Shown piece after piece: positions 1-11,434 of a stretch of DNA of 64,000 nucleotides. Source of the DNA: Takakia lepidozioides (taxonomy: Eukaryota > Plantae > Bryophyta); the NCBI GenBank assembly GCA_030704615.1, contig CM060732.1, positions 82,398,001-82,462,000 of the forward strand, in the 5' to 3' direction. Numbering within the stretch: position 1 is the first letter of the stretch; each line of letters begins with the position of its first letter. The position numbers and the translations under genes are program-made. The notes below the pieces were generated by a model that had not been told where the DNA came from, searched no databases, and saw nothing but the letters and a program-made list of their open reading frames with translations.

Positions 1-571
1 TGCATTGGAAGCAGGCACTGAGCCTACTGGCGAAGATTTGTTCGTAAATTTTCACATGCATTGGTTCATACAAATTGGTTTATTGGTATCCACAAATATT
101 TTATACCATCACTAAAAATAAAATTGATATGTATAGCATTGCATATTTGACAAAGGAGTGGCATGCAACTATGGCCATTGGGGATATTGTTACACCTTAT
201 ATCCATATACAAGGAGCACATGCTGGACAGATTGCTGCTTTGTTGCATGTCGGTGTGACTATTGGCCGCATGAAGAACGAGGTGCTTGAGAGAAACACAG
301 AGAGATGAAAAACTTGCGTACAGCACAAGGGACCGGTCGAGGTGGTCCGGATGCTCATGTCCGACAGGTACAAAATGCAAGTTTATTTTCAGGTTGCATC
401 AGCTTTGTACTATACATATGATATAATGAATACGTAATTATAATTTTGTTGTGGTCATATATAAACTGCAGAGTGGGATCGTATGTGCTTTGACGCAAAG
501 ATGAGAACGTTATACATCAAGTTACACTTGATTCTGGATGATCTCATATCGGTGAGTACATATCATTTGCA

Positions 572-3500
572 CCCGGTTATCAGCGTCACGTCCGTCAGTC
601 AGCGTCAGATCACGTCAGACGCTGACGCTGACGGGACCTCCTTCACGTCAGGTTTCGGGAATATTCTAGTAAAAAAAGTATCAGGTAAAATATTGTCACT
701 TAAGCAGCCACGTCGCCGACACGGTGGCGGTGGCAAATACATTTTGAAAAATAATAAAATGAAAGCGACCGCCAATTATGGCGGTCGCTTTATATTTCAA
801 AAATTTAGAAATAAGAGCAACTGCCAATTCTGGCGGTCGCTTTATATTTCAGAATTTTAGAAATAAGAGCGACCGCCAACAAGGCGTTCGCTTAAAAAAT
901 ATTTATAAAAAAACAAAATTGGCGGTCGCCTAATTCTTAAAAAAGAAATAGCAACCTCCGTACTGGCGGTCGCATAATTTTAAGAATATATAAAAAACAA
1001 GCGACCGCCAGAATTGGCAATCGCTTGTTTTCAATAATATATAAAAAACAAGCAACCGCCATAATATGGCGGTCCCTTTATCTTACAAATATATTAAAAA
1101 AACTAGCAACCACCTTACTATGGCGGTAGCTTTATTTTAAAAATGTATTAAAAAAAACCAGCGACTGCCATAATATGGCGGTCGCTATATTTTAAATATA
1201 TTAAAAAAACCAGGCGGTCACTTTAATTTAAAAAAAAAACAAAACAAAACAAAACAGCGACTGCCATAATATGGTGGTCGCTTTTTTTTTTAAAAAATTA
1301 GAATATTTTAAAAATAACTATTTTAAACTTTTTTAAACTTTTTAAACAACTAAAAAATAATATTAATTTCAGAAAATGCAGCGGCCGCCAGTAATATCGG
1401 TCGCTGCATTTTATTCATTTATTCACTTCATTTATTCATTTTGTTTTTCTTTTTTTTTCTTCTTTTTTCTTCTTTTTATAAGGGATAAGGGGCCCTGAAA
1501 ATTTAAAATAGAGCGACCGCCAGTAATGACGATCGCTTTTATTTTTTATTTATTTAAATAGAGTGACCGCCATTATTGGTGGTCATTTTTTTAAAAACAA
1601 AATAAACCGGCCGCCATTATTGGCGGTCGCTTCTATATTTTTAATTTCTGAAAATACAGCGACCGCCAGTAATGGCGGTCGCATTTTTTTTTAAAACAAT
1701 AATAGAGCGACCACCATTATTGGCGGGCGCTTTTGTTTTTTATTTATTTTTAAATAGAGCGACGACCATTACTGGCGGTCGCTTGTATATTTTTAATTTC
1801 TGAAAATGTTGCGACCGCCTGTTTCGGTGATCACTTTTATTTTTCTTTTTTTAAAATAAAACGACCGTCAATACTAGTGGTCGCTTGTATATTTTTAATT
1901 TCTGAAAACATTGCGACGGCCAGTAATTGCGTTCGCTTTTATTTTTTTTGTTTTTTTAATTGAGTCATTACTGGCTTTTTTGTTGTTTTTTTAAAATGTA
2001 GCGACCGCTATGGTGGCGGTCGCTTCTAGAAGGTGTACCTTACGCGTGGACCGCGAAATGGGAGGGGTAGGGAGATAAGCAAAGGGAGATTTATTCTCCC
2101 CTCATTTCCTCTTCACACAACTTATGTGCGACCGCCATTATTGGCGGTCGCTTTTGTTTTTTATTTATTTTTAAATAGAGCGACGGCCTTTACTGGCGGT
2201 CGCTTGTATATTTTTAATTTCTGAAAATGGTGCAACCGTCGTTAATTGTTTAATTTTTTAAATAGAGCGACCGCCATTACTGGCGGTCGTTTTTTTGTTG
2301 TTTATTCTAAATGTAGCGACCGCCATAGGATGGTCGCTTCACTTTTTAGAAAAACTTAACAGAGCGACCGCCGTAATGGCGGTCGCATTATCTTTTAAAA
2401 AAACGAAAATAAAAGACAGCCATAAGGCGGTCGCTTCATTTTTTTTTCTAAACGATTTAAGGAAATTGAAAAAAAAAAACGTAAGCAAGCGACCGCCGAA
2501 TTGGCGGTCGCTTCAGTTTCTTGGAAAGTGAAGAAGAGCGACCGCCGTATGGCAGTTTTTTTTTGTTTTTTTTTAAAACTAAAATAAACAAATTTTATTT
2601 ATATTAAATTTACTTATTTTTTAATGTTTGTTTTGAAGGAGCGACTGCCATATTGGCGGTCGCCCTAGTTTTTTTAAAAGCGAAAAAGAGTGACCGCCAT
2701 CGGGCAGTGGCCTCATTTTTTAAAGAAATAATAAATTTTATTTTTAATTTTTTAATTTTTTTAATTTAAAGGATCGACCGCTGTATTTGCGGTCGCTTCA
2801 CTTTCTTAAAAAGCGGAGAAGAGCGACGGCGGTCGCTTCATTATTTTATTTTAAAAAAACTTATTTTAAAATTTAACTTTATTTTTTTATTTTTTTTAAA
2901 AAAAATAACAAAAACTAAACTAAATACCTTAAAGGAGCGACCGCCGTATTGGTGGTCGCTTCAGTTTTTTAAAAAGCGAAAAAGAGCGACCCCAATATGG
3001 CGGTCGCTTCATTTTTAAAATAAATAAACGAAAATGAGCGACCACCATAGTGGCGGTCGCTCCATTTTTTATTTTATTTTTTAAATAATGACCGCCGTAT
3101 TGGCGGTCGCTTCATTATTTTAAAAAACCAAAAAAGAGCAACCGCCGTATTGGCGGTTGCTTTATACATGTTTTTTTTTTTTTTAAAGACTGCCATAGTT
3201 GCAGTCGTTTCATTTAAATTTCTTTTTTTAAAAAACGACTGCCGCTAAATGGCGGCCGCTAAATTTAAAAAAACAAAACGAGCGACCGCCATTTGGCGGT
3301 CGCTGCATTTTGTTTTTAAAAATTAATGAAGCGACGGTTTGGCGGTCGCTTCATTTTAGAATCAAAATAAAAATATGCGACGGCCGGCGAATGGCGGTCG
3401 TTGTGTTTTTTAAGATATTCTTTAAACTACGAGCGACTGTCAATTTGGGCAGTCGCTTTATTTTTAAGACTAATAATTTTCAAGCAACCGCCCGTCGTTT

Positions 3501-3904
3501 AATTTAAAATATATTAAATTGCTAGCGACCGCCAATATGGGCAGTCGCTCCATTTAAAACTTCATAAATTGCCGGCAACCACCAATATAGGCGGTCGTTT
3601 AATTTAATAAAATATTAAATTACAAGCGACCGCCAATATGGGTGGTCGCTTGATTTAAAAAATAATAACTTTTAAGCGTCCGTATTTTTGGGCGGACGTA
3701 TTTTTTCAAATAAATTAATAAATTTTAATAATTGGTCACGTCTGTGTTACACCGTGGCTGCCATGTTATTAAAAAGGATAAAAATAAATCGTAAAAATCA
3801 AATATATTATTTTTTAAATTACTTGGGTAAACGTCCGGATTCGACGTGAAGTGACGTGACGGCTGACGTGTCCGGGCCACGTCACGTCAGGAATGATAAC
3901 TAGA
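572..3904. mobile_element. Non-autonomous TIR DNA transposon made of a hairpin-repeat array, inserted in an intron
   Basis: Perfect 8-bp TSD CATTTGCA at 564-571 and 3905-3912. Ends are CCCGGTTATCA and TGATAACTAGA, an 11-bp TIR with transition mismatches. TGACG/ACGT clusters lie next to both ends. Confidence 0.8.
760..3700. repeat. Array of roughly 45-50 palindromic GCGACCGCCA-N(2-8)-TGGCGGTCGC units separated by A/T-homopolymer-rich linkers
   Basis: Directly visible with about 55-65 bp periodicity. Short unique core at about 2030-2125. Copy number is an estimate. Confidence 0.95.
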
Positions 3905-4839
3905 CATTTGCATGTATATTCATTCCATCACAATAATGTTTGTAATTGTGAATATGTACTAATTGTATTTGCAAATGATTGTTGTAATACTTATTTGTTG
4001 TCAATTTAGTTATATACTACTATCTATGATCAATTCAATATTCTCATGTTGTGTATTTGAACCGTGTATTTATTCTAAATTTTCCTATAAGGTTTACAAG
4101 CAGCGGCGTTGGCATGGCCCTGCAATCCTTGCGGCTTTGATGAAGGAATTTACAGGGCGTCAACTATTGGTAAAAATGAGAGCACACCCTTGCAGATACA
4201 ACAGACATTTCGCAACTGGATATATCATAAACGTGCACAGGAACACGCCCCTTTGCAGGTAAATACCACTCCATGACTGTACATGTAATGGATATAATTG
4301 TAAGTTTGATTTTCAAATCTGTATGTTATTTGGATTTCTTGACATTCATTTCGGCATGTGTTACATATGTAGTGGAGGATGTTGGTGAGGTAAAGATCCT
4401 TGACAAGTGTAGCCCAGGAGGCTGAGGCTAACCGTCATGTGTTTTCTCGGTCGAAGAGGCGTGCGCAACCTCTTCCACCTCACGAAAGTATTGACCCTTT
4501 AGCCCCGATTACACATGCTATAGTTGTAGGTCGTGGAGGCCGTGTCAGCCGTGGAGGTCGTGGAAGTCGGGCACTACCTCTTCCACTTGACGAGAGTATT
4601 GATCTTTCAGGCCCCATTACACATACTACAGTTGCAGGTCGTGGAGATCGGGGCCGTAGAGGCCGTGGAGGTTGGGCACCGGCGAGACCACGGCCCTCAT
4701 TTACACATTCCATTATGGATTAGTTCACTACGAGCATATCGGATATACACCATTATATTCACATAGTGATGTATCTCTCATATATTGTGGGTGGTGATGT
4801 GTCAAATTATGTGTGTATATGTGTATTATGTGTGTACTT

Positions 4840-5690
4840 TGCACGAGCAAGTAACACCTACATTCATACGTCCTATAGTACCATATACCATAAAAGTCAT
4901 TGCACTCGTGAACTTACAAAACACGATCCATATTATTTTAGTTGAATTTGAAACTTTACATGAGCAACTAACACCTACATTCATAGGTCCTGCAACAATA
5001 TCATGAACAACAAAAATCGTTGCACCAGTGAACTTTAAAAACACCGTCCGTATGATTTTTGTTCGATTTGAAACTTTACTTGAGCAACTAACACCTACAT
5101 TCATAGGTCCTGCAACAATATCATGAACAACAAAAATGGTTACACCAGTGAACTTAGATAACACCATCCGTATGATTTTAGTTCGATTTGAAACTTTACA
5201 TGAGCAACTAACACCTACATTCATATATCTTGCAAAAGTATCATGAACAACAAAAATCATTACACCAATGAACTTAGATAACACCATCCGTATGATTTTA
5301 GTTCGATTTGAAACTTTACATGAGCAACTAACACTTACATTCTTATGTCCTGCAAAAGTATCATGAACAACAAAAATCGTTACACCAGTGAACTTAAGAA
5401 CAACATCCGTATGATTTAGTTGGATTTGAAACTTTACATGAGCAACTAACACCTTCATTCTTATGTCCTGCAAAAGTATCATGAACAACAAAAATCATTA
5501 CACCAGTGAACTTAGAGAACACCATCCGCATGATTTTAGTTGGATTTGAAACTGTACATGAGCAACTAACACCTACATCCCTATGTCTTGTAAAAATATC
5601 ATAAGCAACAAATTTTATTACATCGATCTATTTACAAAACTCCATCTGTATGATTTTAGTTGGGTGTGACACTTTGCACAAGCAATTACA
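4840..5690. repeat. 120-bp tandem repeat, about 7 copies
   Basis: GAGCAACTAACACCTACATTC recurs at about 4843, 4962, 5082, 5202, 5322, 5440 and 5559. It gives the 40-aa periodic ORF 4826-5491(-). Confidence 0.95.
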
Positions 5691-5799
5691 TGTCTCTATA
5701 TATATATATATATATATAGTTGATATGGTCATGAATAACTAAAACTCGTTGCATTTCCAACAATACATCCACACAAATAACAAAACAATGTATACATCA

Positions 5800-8603
5800 A
5801 TGAAAGTGATGTCTCATACGAAAGTCATGGCCTTACGAGTCTGCTCAAGCTCATCAATCTCCATAGTTGTGTACAGACCTGTGTATCGACCCAATCTGTG
5901 ATCCCATGTGAATCTATCTCATGTGAAAGACACCTGTAAATGTGGCCAACGGGCACTATGCCGATACTAACGAAAAGTCATAGTCGATGCTACTATCACT
6001 TAAGCAGGATGAGGGATCTCATCTGTAGGCTCCATGATGATGCGCTCTGGAAATGAACTCCAAAGATAGAAAATATGCTCACGCAACCGATCATACCCTC
6101 AAATGGTGATCTCAATGTAGTGGGGGTGGCGCACAGCTAGAGTCACAGCCAACAATGGACCGAAGACACTAACCCATGTATCACTATCACAAGGCACATC
6201 TACATACCCAAAAGATCGATAATGACCTCGAAAAATACACGCGCGTAAATCTGCAGATCCACCACTATCATAAATAAGATGAAACGCACATGAGGCTATG
6301 GGATGAGTAGAGAAAATGACAATGCACCAGCGGCAGCAGTGAACTCACGACTACTGGCCATACGTCTCACAATGGCCTCATCGAAACCCCTCTGTCGTAG
6401 GCGAGTCCAAGATGGAACTGGAGAGGTGGGAATGACAAAATACTCGCAAAAATATGTCAACTCAAATGGCACCCGACTAGACCACCTCTCATAACTGCGA
6501 CGTGTATAAAACATGTCCACAATACCAACAAGTTATACACACACGTGATTTCGAATCAGATGCATGCGTGAGTTATGTAAATAAAAAAATGCAACATGCA
6601 TCATTGCAGAACAAACTCTATTCAAGATTATACATATTTTTTACGCACGATCAATAACTATATACATATCATGCACGTCGTCCACATGACAGATAAATCC
6701 CTCGGTCGTGTAGTAGACCTCCGTTCGTTTCGATCGTCGAGCAGTTGGAGACAACGCCGAATCAATGGAGTCTGGCATTGTACAACCTCTATCTCTGAGA
6801 TCGCTCAAGGTCATAAATCGGCGACCACAAACGTAGGGAACACCAGCCTCATCCATCACACACTCTAAGACCTCAGTGATTCGCAACAACCCATCCATCG
6901 TGACTCCCACACCATCACGAACCACATACTGTACATATGAACCTGGATATAAATATGTCATCACCCCCTATACTGTAATCGCATGTGCGTCAACCCTAAG
7001 AAAGCGATGACCCTCAAAGTATGGAACCCCTCCCGCAACACACAACAACGGTGGAACGACATCGTGAGTGCCGCCTACGTAAGACGTCCGACGAGACCAC
7101 AATGCATGGGGCGCATCAATAGGGATACTCAACAACAATTGCTCCAACTCGTCATACTGAGGGGAAATGAGCATAAACCCTCCAAAGTCATCCGCATAAG
7201 CCATCCGTGTAGTGATAACAGCATGTGAAGGCTGCTCGTAGTAAACCCCCCCAACATAAAAATATGGACTGGCATGGCCACGATCCAATCCTAACAGCAA
7301 TAACGGATGAGGGGTGCTCACTGGCCAAGGAAGAACCTGGGCTAGCTGTACTCGCCTACGCATATCATCATCCATGACCAAAATCGTAACAATATGCTGC
7401 TCAGGAATGACCCCAATGCAAGAGCGAATATAACTATTAACCGTAAACGTATCGTCATGACAGTCCGCCTGTGATGGTTGACACGGATCTAGTATGGCTG
7501 CATGGATCAGAGGCTCCTCGTGTACTGGTGAATCAGGGCAATGATCCTCAGAAAATAGAGATGATAGTCCTCCATGCAAGTCTGTGAACGCGAATCTATC
7601 GTCCTCTAGGCTGCCTCTCGGTCAAAACCTCTCACTGTCTCTGTACCTCTCGAGTCTATATCTCAAGCTCATGTTTCTGTCTCTCGATATCCTGTCTCAA
7701 ACTCTGCAGCTCAGAACGCTCTCTCAGTATCTCCCGCCTATCTCTTTGCACATCGAGCCTGTCTCTCTCAACCTCTCGACTCTGTACAAGCAATCTTGGT
7801 TGAGACACAAGTAATCGCCTAATGCGATCTCCCTGAGTACCGGACGCAGAATTGGCTGGCACCTGACGTGTAGAATGAGGTGATGTAGGAATGACTCTCT
7901 GTGACGTGGAAACATTATGCATGATCGAACAATAAGCATCTGCTGTACGTGGGATGTCACGAGGTGGAAGACCTAAAATCAACCTCTGCTGAGGGGTAGA
8001 AATGGTGGCTACTCTCATACGACAACCATATGACTCTTCGCGATGGGCATCAACAACAGCCGTCACGATACCAGGCCTAATGTACTGATGTCGACGTGGT
8101 CTACTAACATCATGTATGCCCTCGTGAGCCACACGGACACTCAAAGGAGTGGGACTGTGCACGACTGAATGTACAGCTCGAGGTGCATAAGCAGCCGGAG
8201 ACGAAAGATCGGGCAAAAGTGCAGAATGCATAATACCCTCTTGTCGTTCTTGCTCATTCTCTCTCTCACGTATCACCCTGTCAACTTCTCTGTCCACCTG
8301 AGCTTGTCTATCACGAGATGCCCTATTTATTCCCTAAGCCTCTTCAATCAAACCATCAATCTTGTCTGGATCAGACAATGACAAAGCAAGTGAGTCAGAG
8401 CGGGATCCAGACTCTCGCTTGTGCCTCAAAGTCTCTTGTAATGCATGCAAATCCGCACGTGCCCTGCTAAAATCTCTCGAGGGACTAGATAGATCTGTTG
8501 CTTTACCTCTGTTTCCGAGTAAAGCACCATCACCCAGCAAGCTGTCGGCCAAGTTGCGAACAACCCGTTTCAGAGACTCTTGACCCTCCGCCATTTGAAT
8601 CAC
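5800..8603 (-). pseudogene. Decayed multi-ORF gene of unknown function, convergent with the transposase-like gene; probable TE accessory gene
   Basis: Colinear minus-strand ORFs 8334-8603, 7656-8297 (coiled-coil-like), 6968-7579, 6641-6964 and 6296-6520 with protein-like composition. Recurring GVPY motif. No family recognised. Confidence 0.45.
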
Positions 8604-9639
8604 CTACAAATGTTACACACAATACACATGATTTGTACATACAAAGTATGGAAGACAACATGCGTGTATATTTGACATGTTTTAAAAATATATATTAATT
8701 GTGTAACCAAGATGTCCAAGCCAGGATTTGAACCCGGGATGCAAGGACTTCCTACACGACGACACAGAGAGAATATGGCAACGAGCTTCACCCCTCGAGA
8801 AAGAGCTACATCATATCTCTGATCTGGCCCGCAGGCCAGCCATGCACTGCCACCAGCACACTGACGGAAGTACCATCGCTTATAACCATATCTCTATCAT
8901 CCGTGCCGCGTTGCAAGAAGCCACATGTGAAGCCCAACTTGCTTCCAAAGACTTGTTTTTCATTTCAGTGATGGATGAATTGTTATGTAGTCTAAGCAGT
9001 TACTTCTCACAACGAACATGGGAAACAACTATATTGATCAAATATACAACATGAATCTTAGAAGTGTTATACAGACCTTAACCTCATAAGAACAATATCA
9101 AATTATGCAAACTTTCATTGCATGTGATGTGTATGACAGACACATACAACAAATGACGGAAAGCCGACTTCGTTCTCAGACACCTTGTAAGTAACCGGGC
9201 CTCTAACTGTCTTGCTCTTTCCACGACCTATTGTGGGCACAATAACAATCACAGGAAGGGTATGATAGCAATCAGACAATATACATGAGCAATTGATGCC
9301 TGTGCAGCCACCCATCCAATAAACATGGCGTCTCGCTGCGCATCAGCACACATAGCTCTCCCCCCTCGGGGTTTAGAAAAATTGAGGGGAGCAGGAGGGG
9401 AAGATTAAAAAACACAAAACAAAAAGAAAGAAGAAAGGGAGAAATGAGAATGGCAAGGAGGAAGAGATAGTGGTGAAGAAGAAAAAACATCAAGCAAAAA
9501 ACCAGCGAGTATATTGATTTTTATGTTGCGGCGGGGGTGTGTTTGCTGCTGCAGCAGCCTGATTGCTCCCGCCCGCGAGCTACCTGCTAGCCAGCAACAC
9601 ACCACCAACCACCAATGCACCACCATTCAAGGTCAAAAG

Positions 9640-10330
9640 GAAAGAAGATAGGAAGAAAAGATAGTGACAAAGAGCTGATAACAGGGAAAAGCAAACTGAA
9701 ATGTATTGAAGGAGGTGCCTTCATTGCAGAACTCAACCTTCAAATCTAGGGACAACTCTGATAACAGGGAAAGAACAAGCTGAAATGTGTTGAAGAAAAT
9801 GACGCAATTACCAGTACGTGGTTCTATTAATTGTGCTGCTGCCGCTGCTGTTTTCAGTTGACCATCTACGCACACAGATTTCTTCCCTGGTCCTTCACCT
9901 ATCCCTGACCGTGTACAAATCATAAATGCATCTCTCAGCTTTGCTGCTAGCATGAGCTGACACTGATGGCGTGAAGTTCTTCTAGCAAATACCCCAACCC
10001 TACTTATTCCAGCAAACACCCCAACCCCACTTATCCACCAACGAGCTAACTTCCAAAAATCAACCAAAAAACTTGGGGACGACTCTGATAATAGAAAAAA
10101 AACAAGCTGAAATGTGTTGAAAAATGTGACATCTTACCAGCGCTTGCAGTTTCAACGTGCCATCACCACATAGTCCTTCACCCAACCAGCTAACTGACAG
10201 AATTCAACATGCATCTCAGGGCCGAGTCTGATGAGAAGGGAAAACAAGCTGAAACACGTTGAAGAAGAAGAAGGCCCTCACCACATAGTCCTTCACTTTG
10301 TGTCATGACCCATGGAGGATCTGACCTCGC
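9640..10330 (-). pseudogene. Isolated paralogous 5' fragment of the PPR gene at 38-41.6 kb
   Basis: VDGQLKTAAAAAQLI matches VDGQLKAAAAAAQLI at about 40940-40980. GCATCTCAGGGCCGAGTCTGATGAG and TGTGTCATGACCCATGGAGGAT are shared with 41518-41625. Confidence 0.8.
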
Positions 10331-10787
10331 AGCAACGACGACGGAGTTCTGCAGGCAGGAGCAGCAGTAGGGTTCACACCTTCACCAAAGGACTCCGGAC
10401 TTAGATGGAGGGAGAAGAGAAAATAAAAGTGGCACCGCAGGAGAAAAACAAGACACCACGGGAGAACTTAGAGAGTGTTGGCGGACAGGCTTGAGTAGGC
10501 TTCACTCTGTTGGTGGACCAACAATCCGGCATGGACTAACGCATGAACTACAAAATAGTTCATCTCGAGTTGTCGGGAACCTTTGTCGTCTGGGCATTAC
10601 TTCATTTTGGACCAATTTGGTTATTAATTGTGTCATTGCACCTAAGGTAACATGCTACTGCTTAGGCTAAATACTAGGCTATCTTGGTCTTTACAAAAAG
10701 AGAAACCACATTCAACTCTAGAATGTTATGACTAGAGATACCTAATCCTACATTATAAATATAGCGATTTCGAACAAACGAGCAATA

Positions 10788-11434
10788 CCGTAGTGGAACG
10801 ACAAATTAGACACAATAATTATTAAATCCAAAATATTCTCTTTAGGCACTTTCAGAAAGAATTTATATAAATTAGGCACATGTCATCCATCATTTCTCAT
10901 GTTTACGCGCCTTTCATCAATTGGAACTCTCTCCTTGCATCCCCTTCCTCTTTTTTCAATGTGAGGCTCTGAAAGCCAATTTTACAGAGGCTTTGTTTAC
11001 AGCCATAGATTCTCAAGTGGAAGGGATTCCTAGTTGCTCATAGATACCAGACTTCTCTCTTGATGTTGAGGTGTGTTTAGGTGGTGGAGAGCATGAGTCG
11101 TTGCCTTGGAAATTTGCACATCGAAGACTGAGATATACCTAACTTGAATGGTGATCAAGAATCAATGATGGACATTTGCAGAATGTTCGGGACTCATTGG
11201 AAGGTCCTATGGAGGTTCTATGGACCTAGGGAATTGGCCTATATTCTTTGAGTATTTATGAAGATTTTTATTTTTATTTTTATAAAAAATATATAGAGTT
11301 TAGAGAATTTTACTGAATTATGTACTTTCATGCTATTTTTCTAGCATTTTAGGCATAAATATTGAAAAATTGCATATTTGCTTAGGCATTTTTTTTTTAA
11401 AAAAAATTGTGCATAATCTGCCGGTCTACTACGG
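10788..11434. mobile_element. MITE, Tc1/mariner superfamily (Tc2/pogo-like CCGTA ends)
   Basis: TA|CCGTAGTGGAACGACAAATTA ... TAATCTGCCGGTCTACTACGG|TA; imperfect TIR of about 30 bp, TA TSD. Confidence 0.8.

Larger units (their letters stand above)
1..4723 (+). pseudogene. 3' part of a spliced DDE transposase-like gene with a Transib/RAG1-type catalytic-Glu region; frameshifted, with a 3.3-kb element inside one intron
   Basis: 75-367 reads IVTPYIHIQGAHAGQIAALLHVGVTIGRMKNEVLER, then after one frameshift HREMKNLRTAQGTGRGG. Putative exons <1-367, 472-551, 4092-4258 and 4373-4723 have GT/AG borders. The last exon is RGR/RGG-rich. The 5' part lies outside the window. Confidence 0.55.

Noticed and set aside
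760-3700. CRISPR-like appearance (palindromic repeats with spacers)
   Set aside because: Eukaryotic context, no cas genes, low-complexity A/T spacers of variable length, and the array is bounded by TIRs and a TSD.
8712-8790. tRNA-like T-arm/B-box (CCGGGTTCAAATCCTGG) on the minus strand
   Set aside because: No convincing A-box or cloverleaf; at most a SINE remnant.
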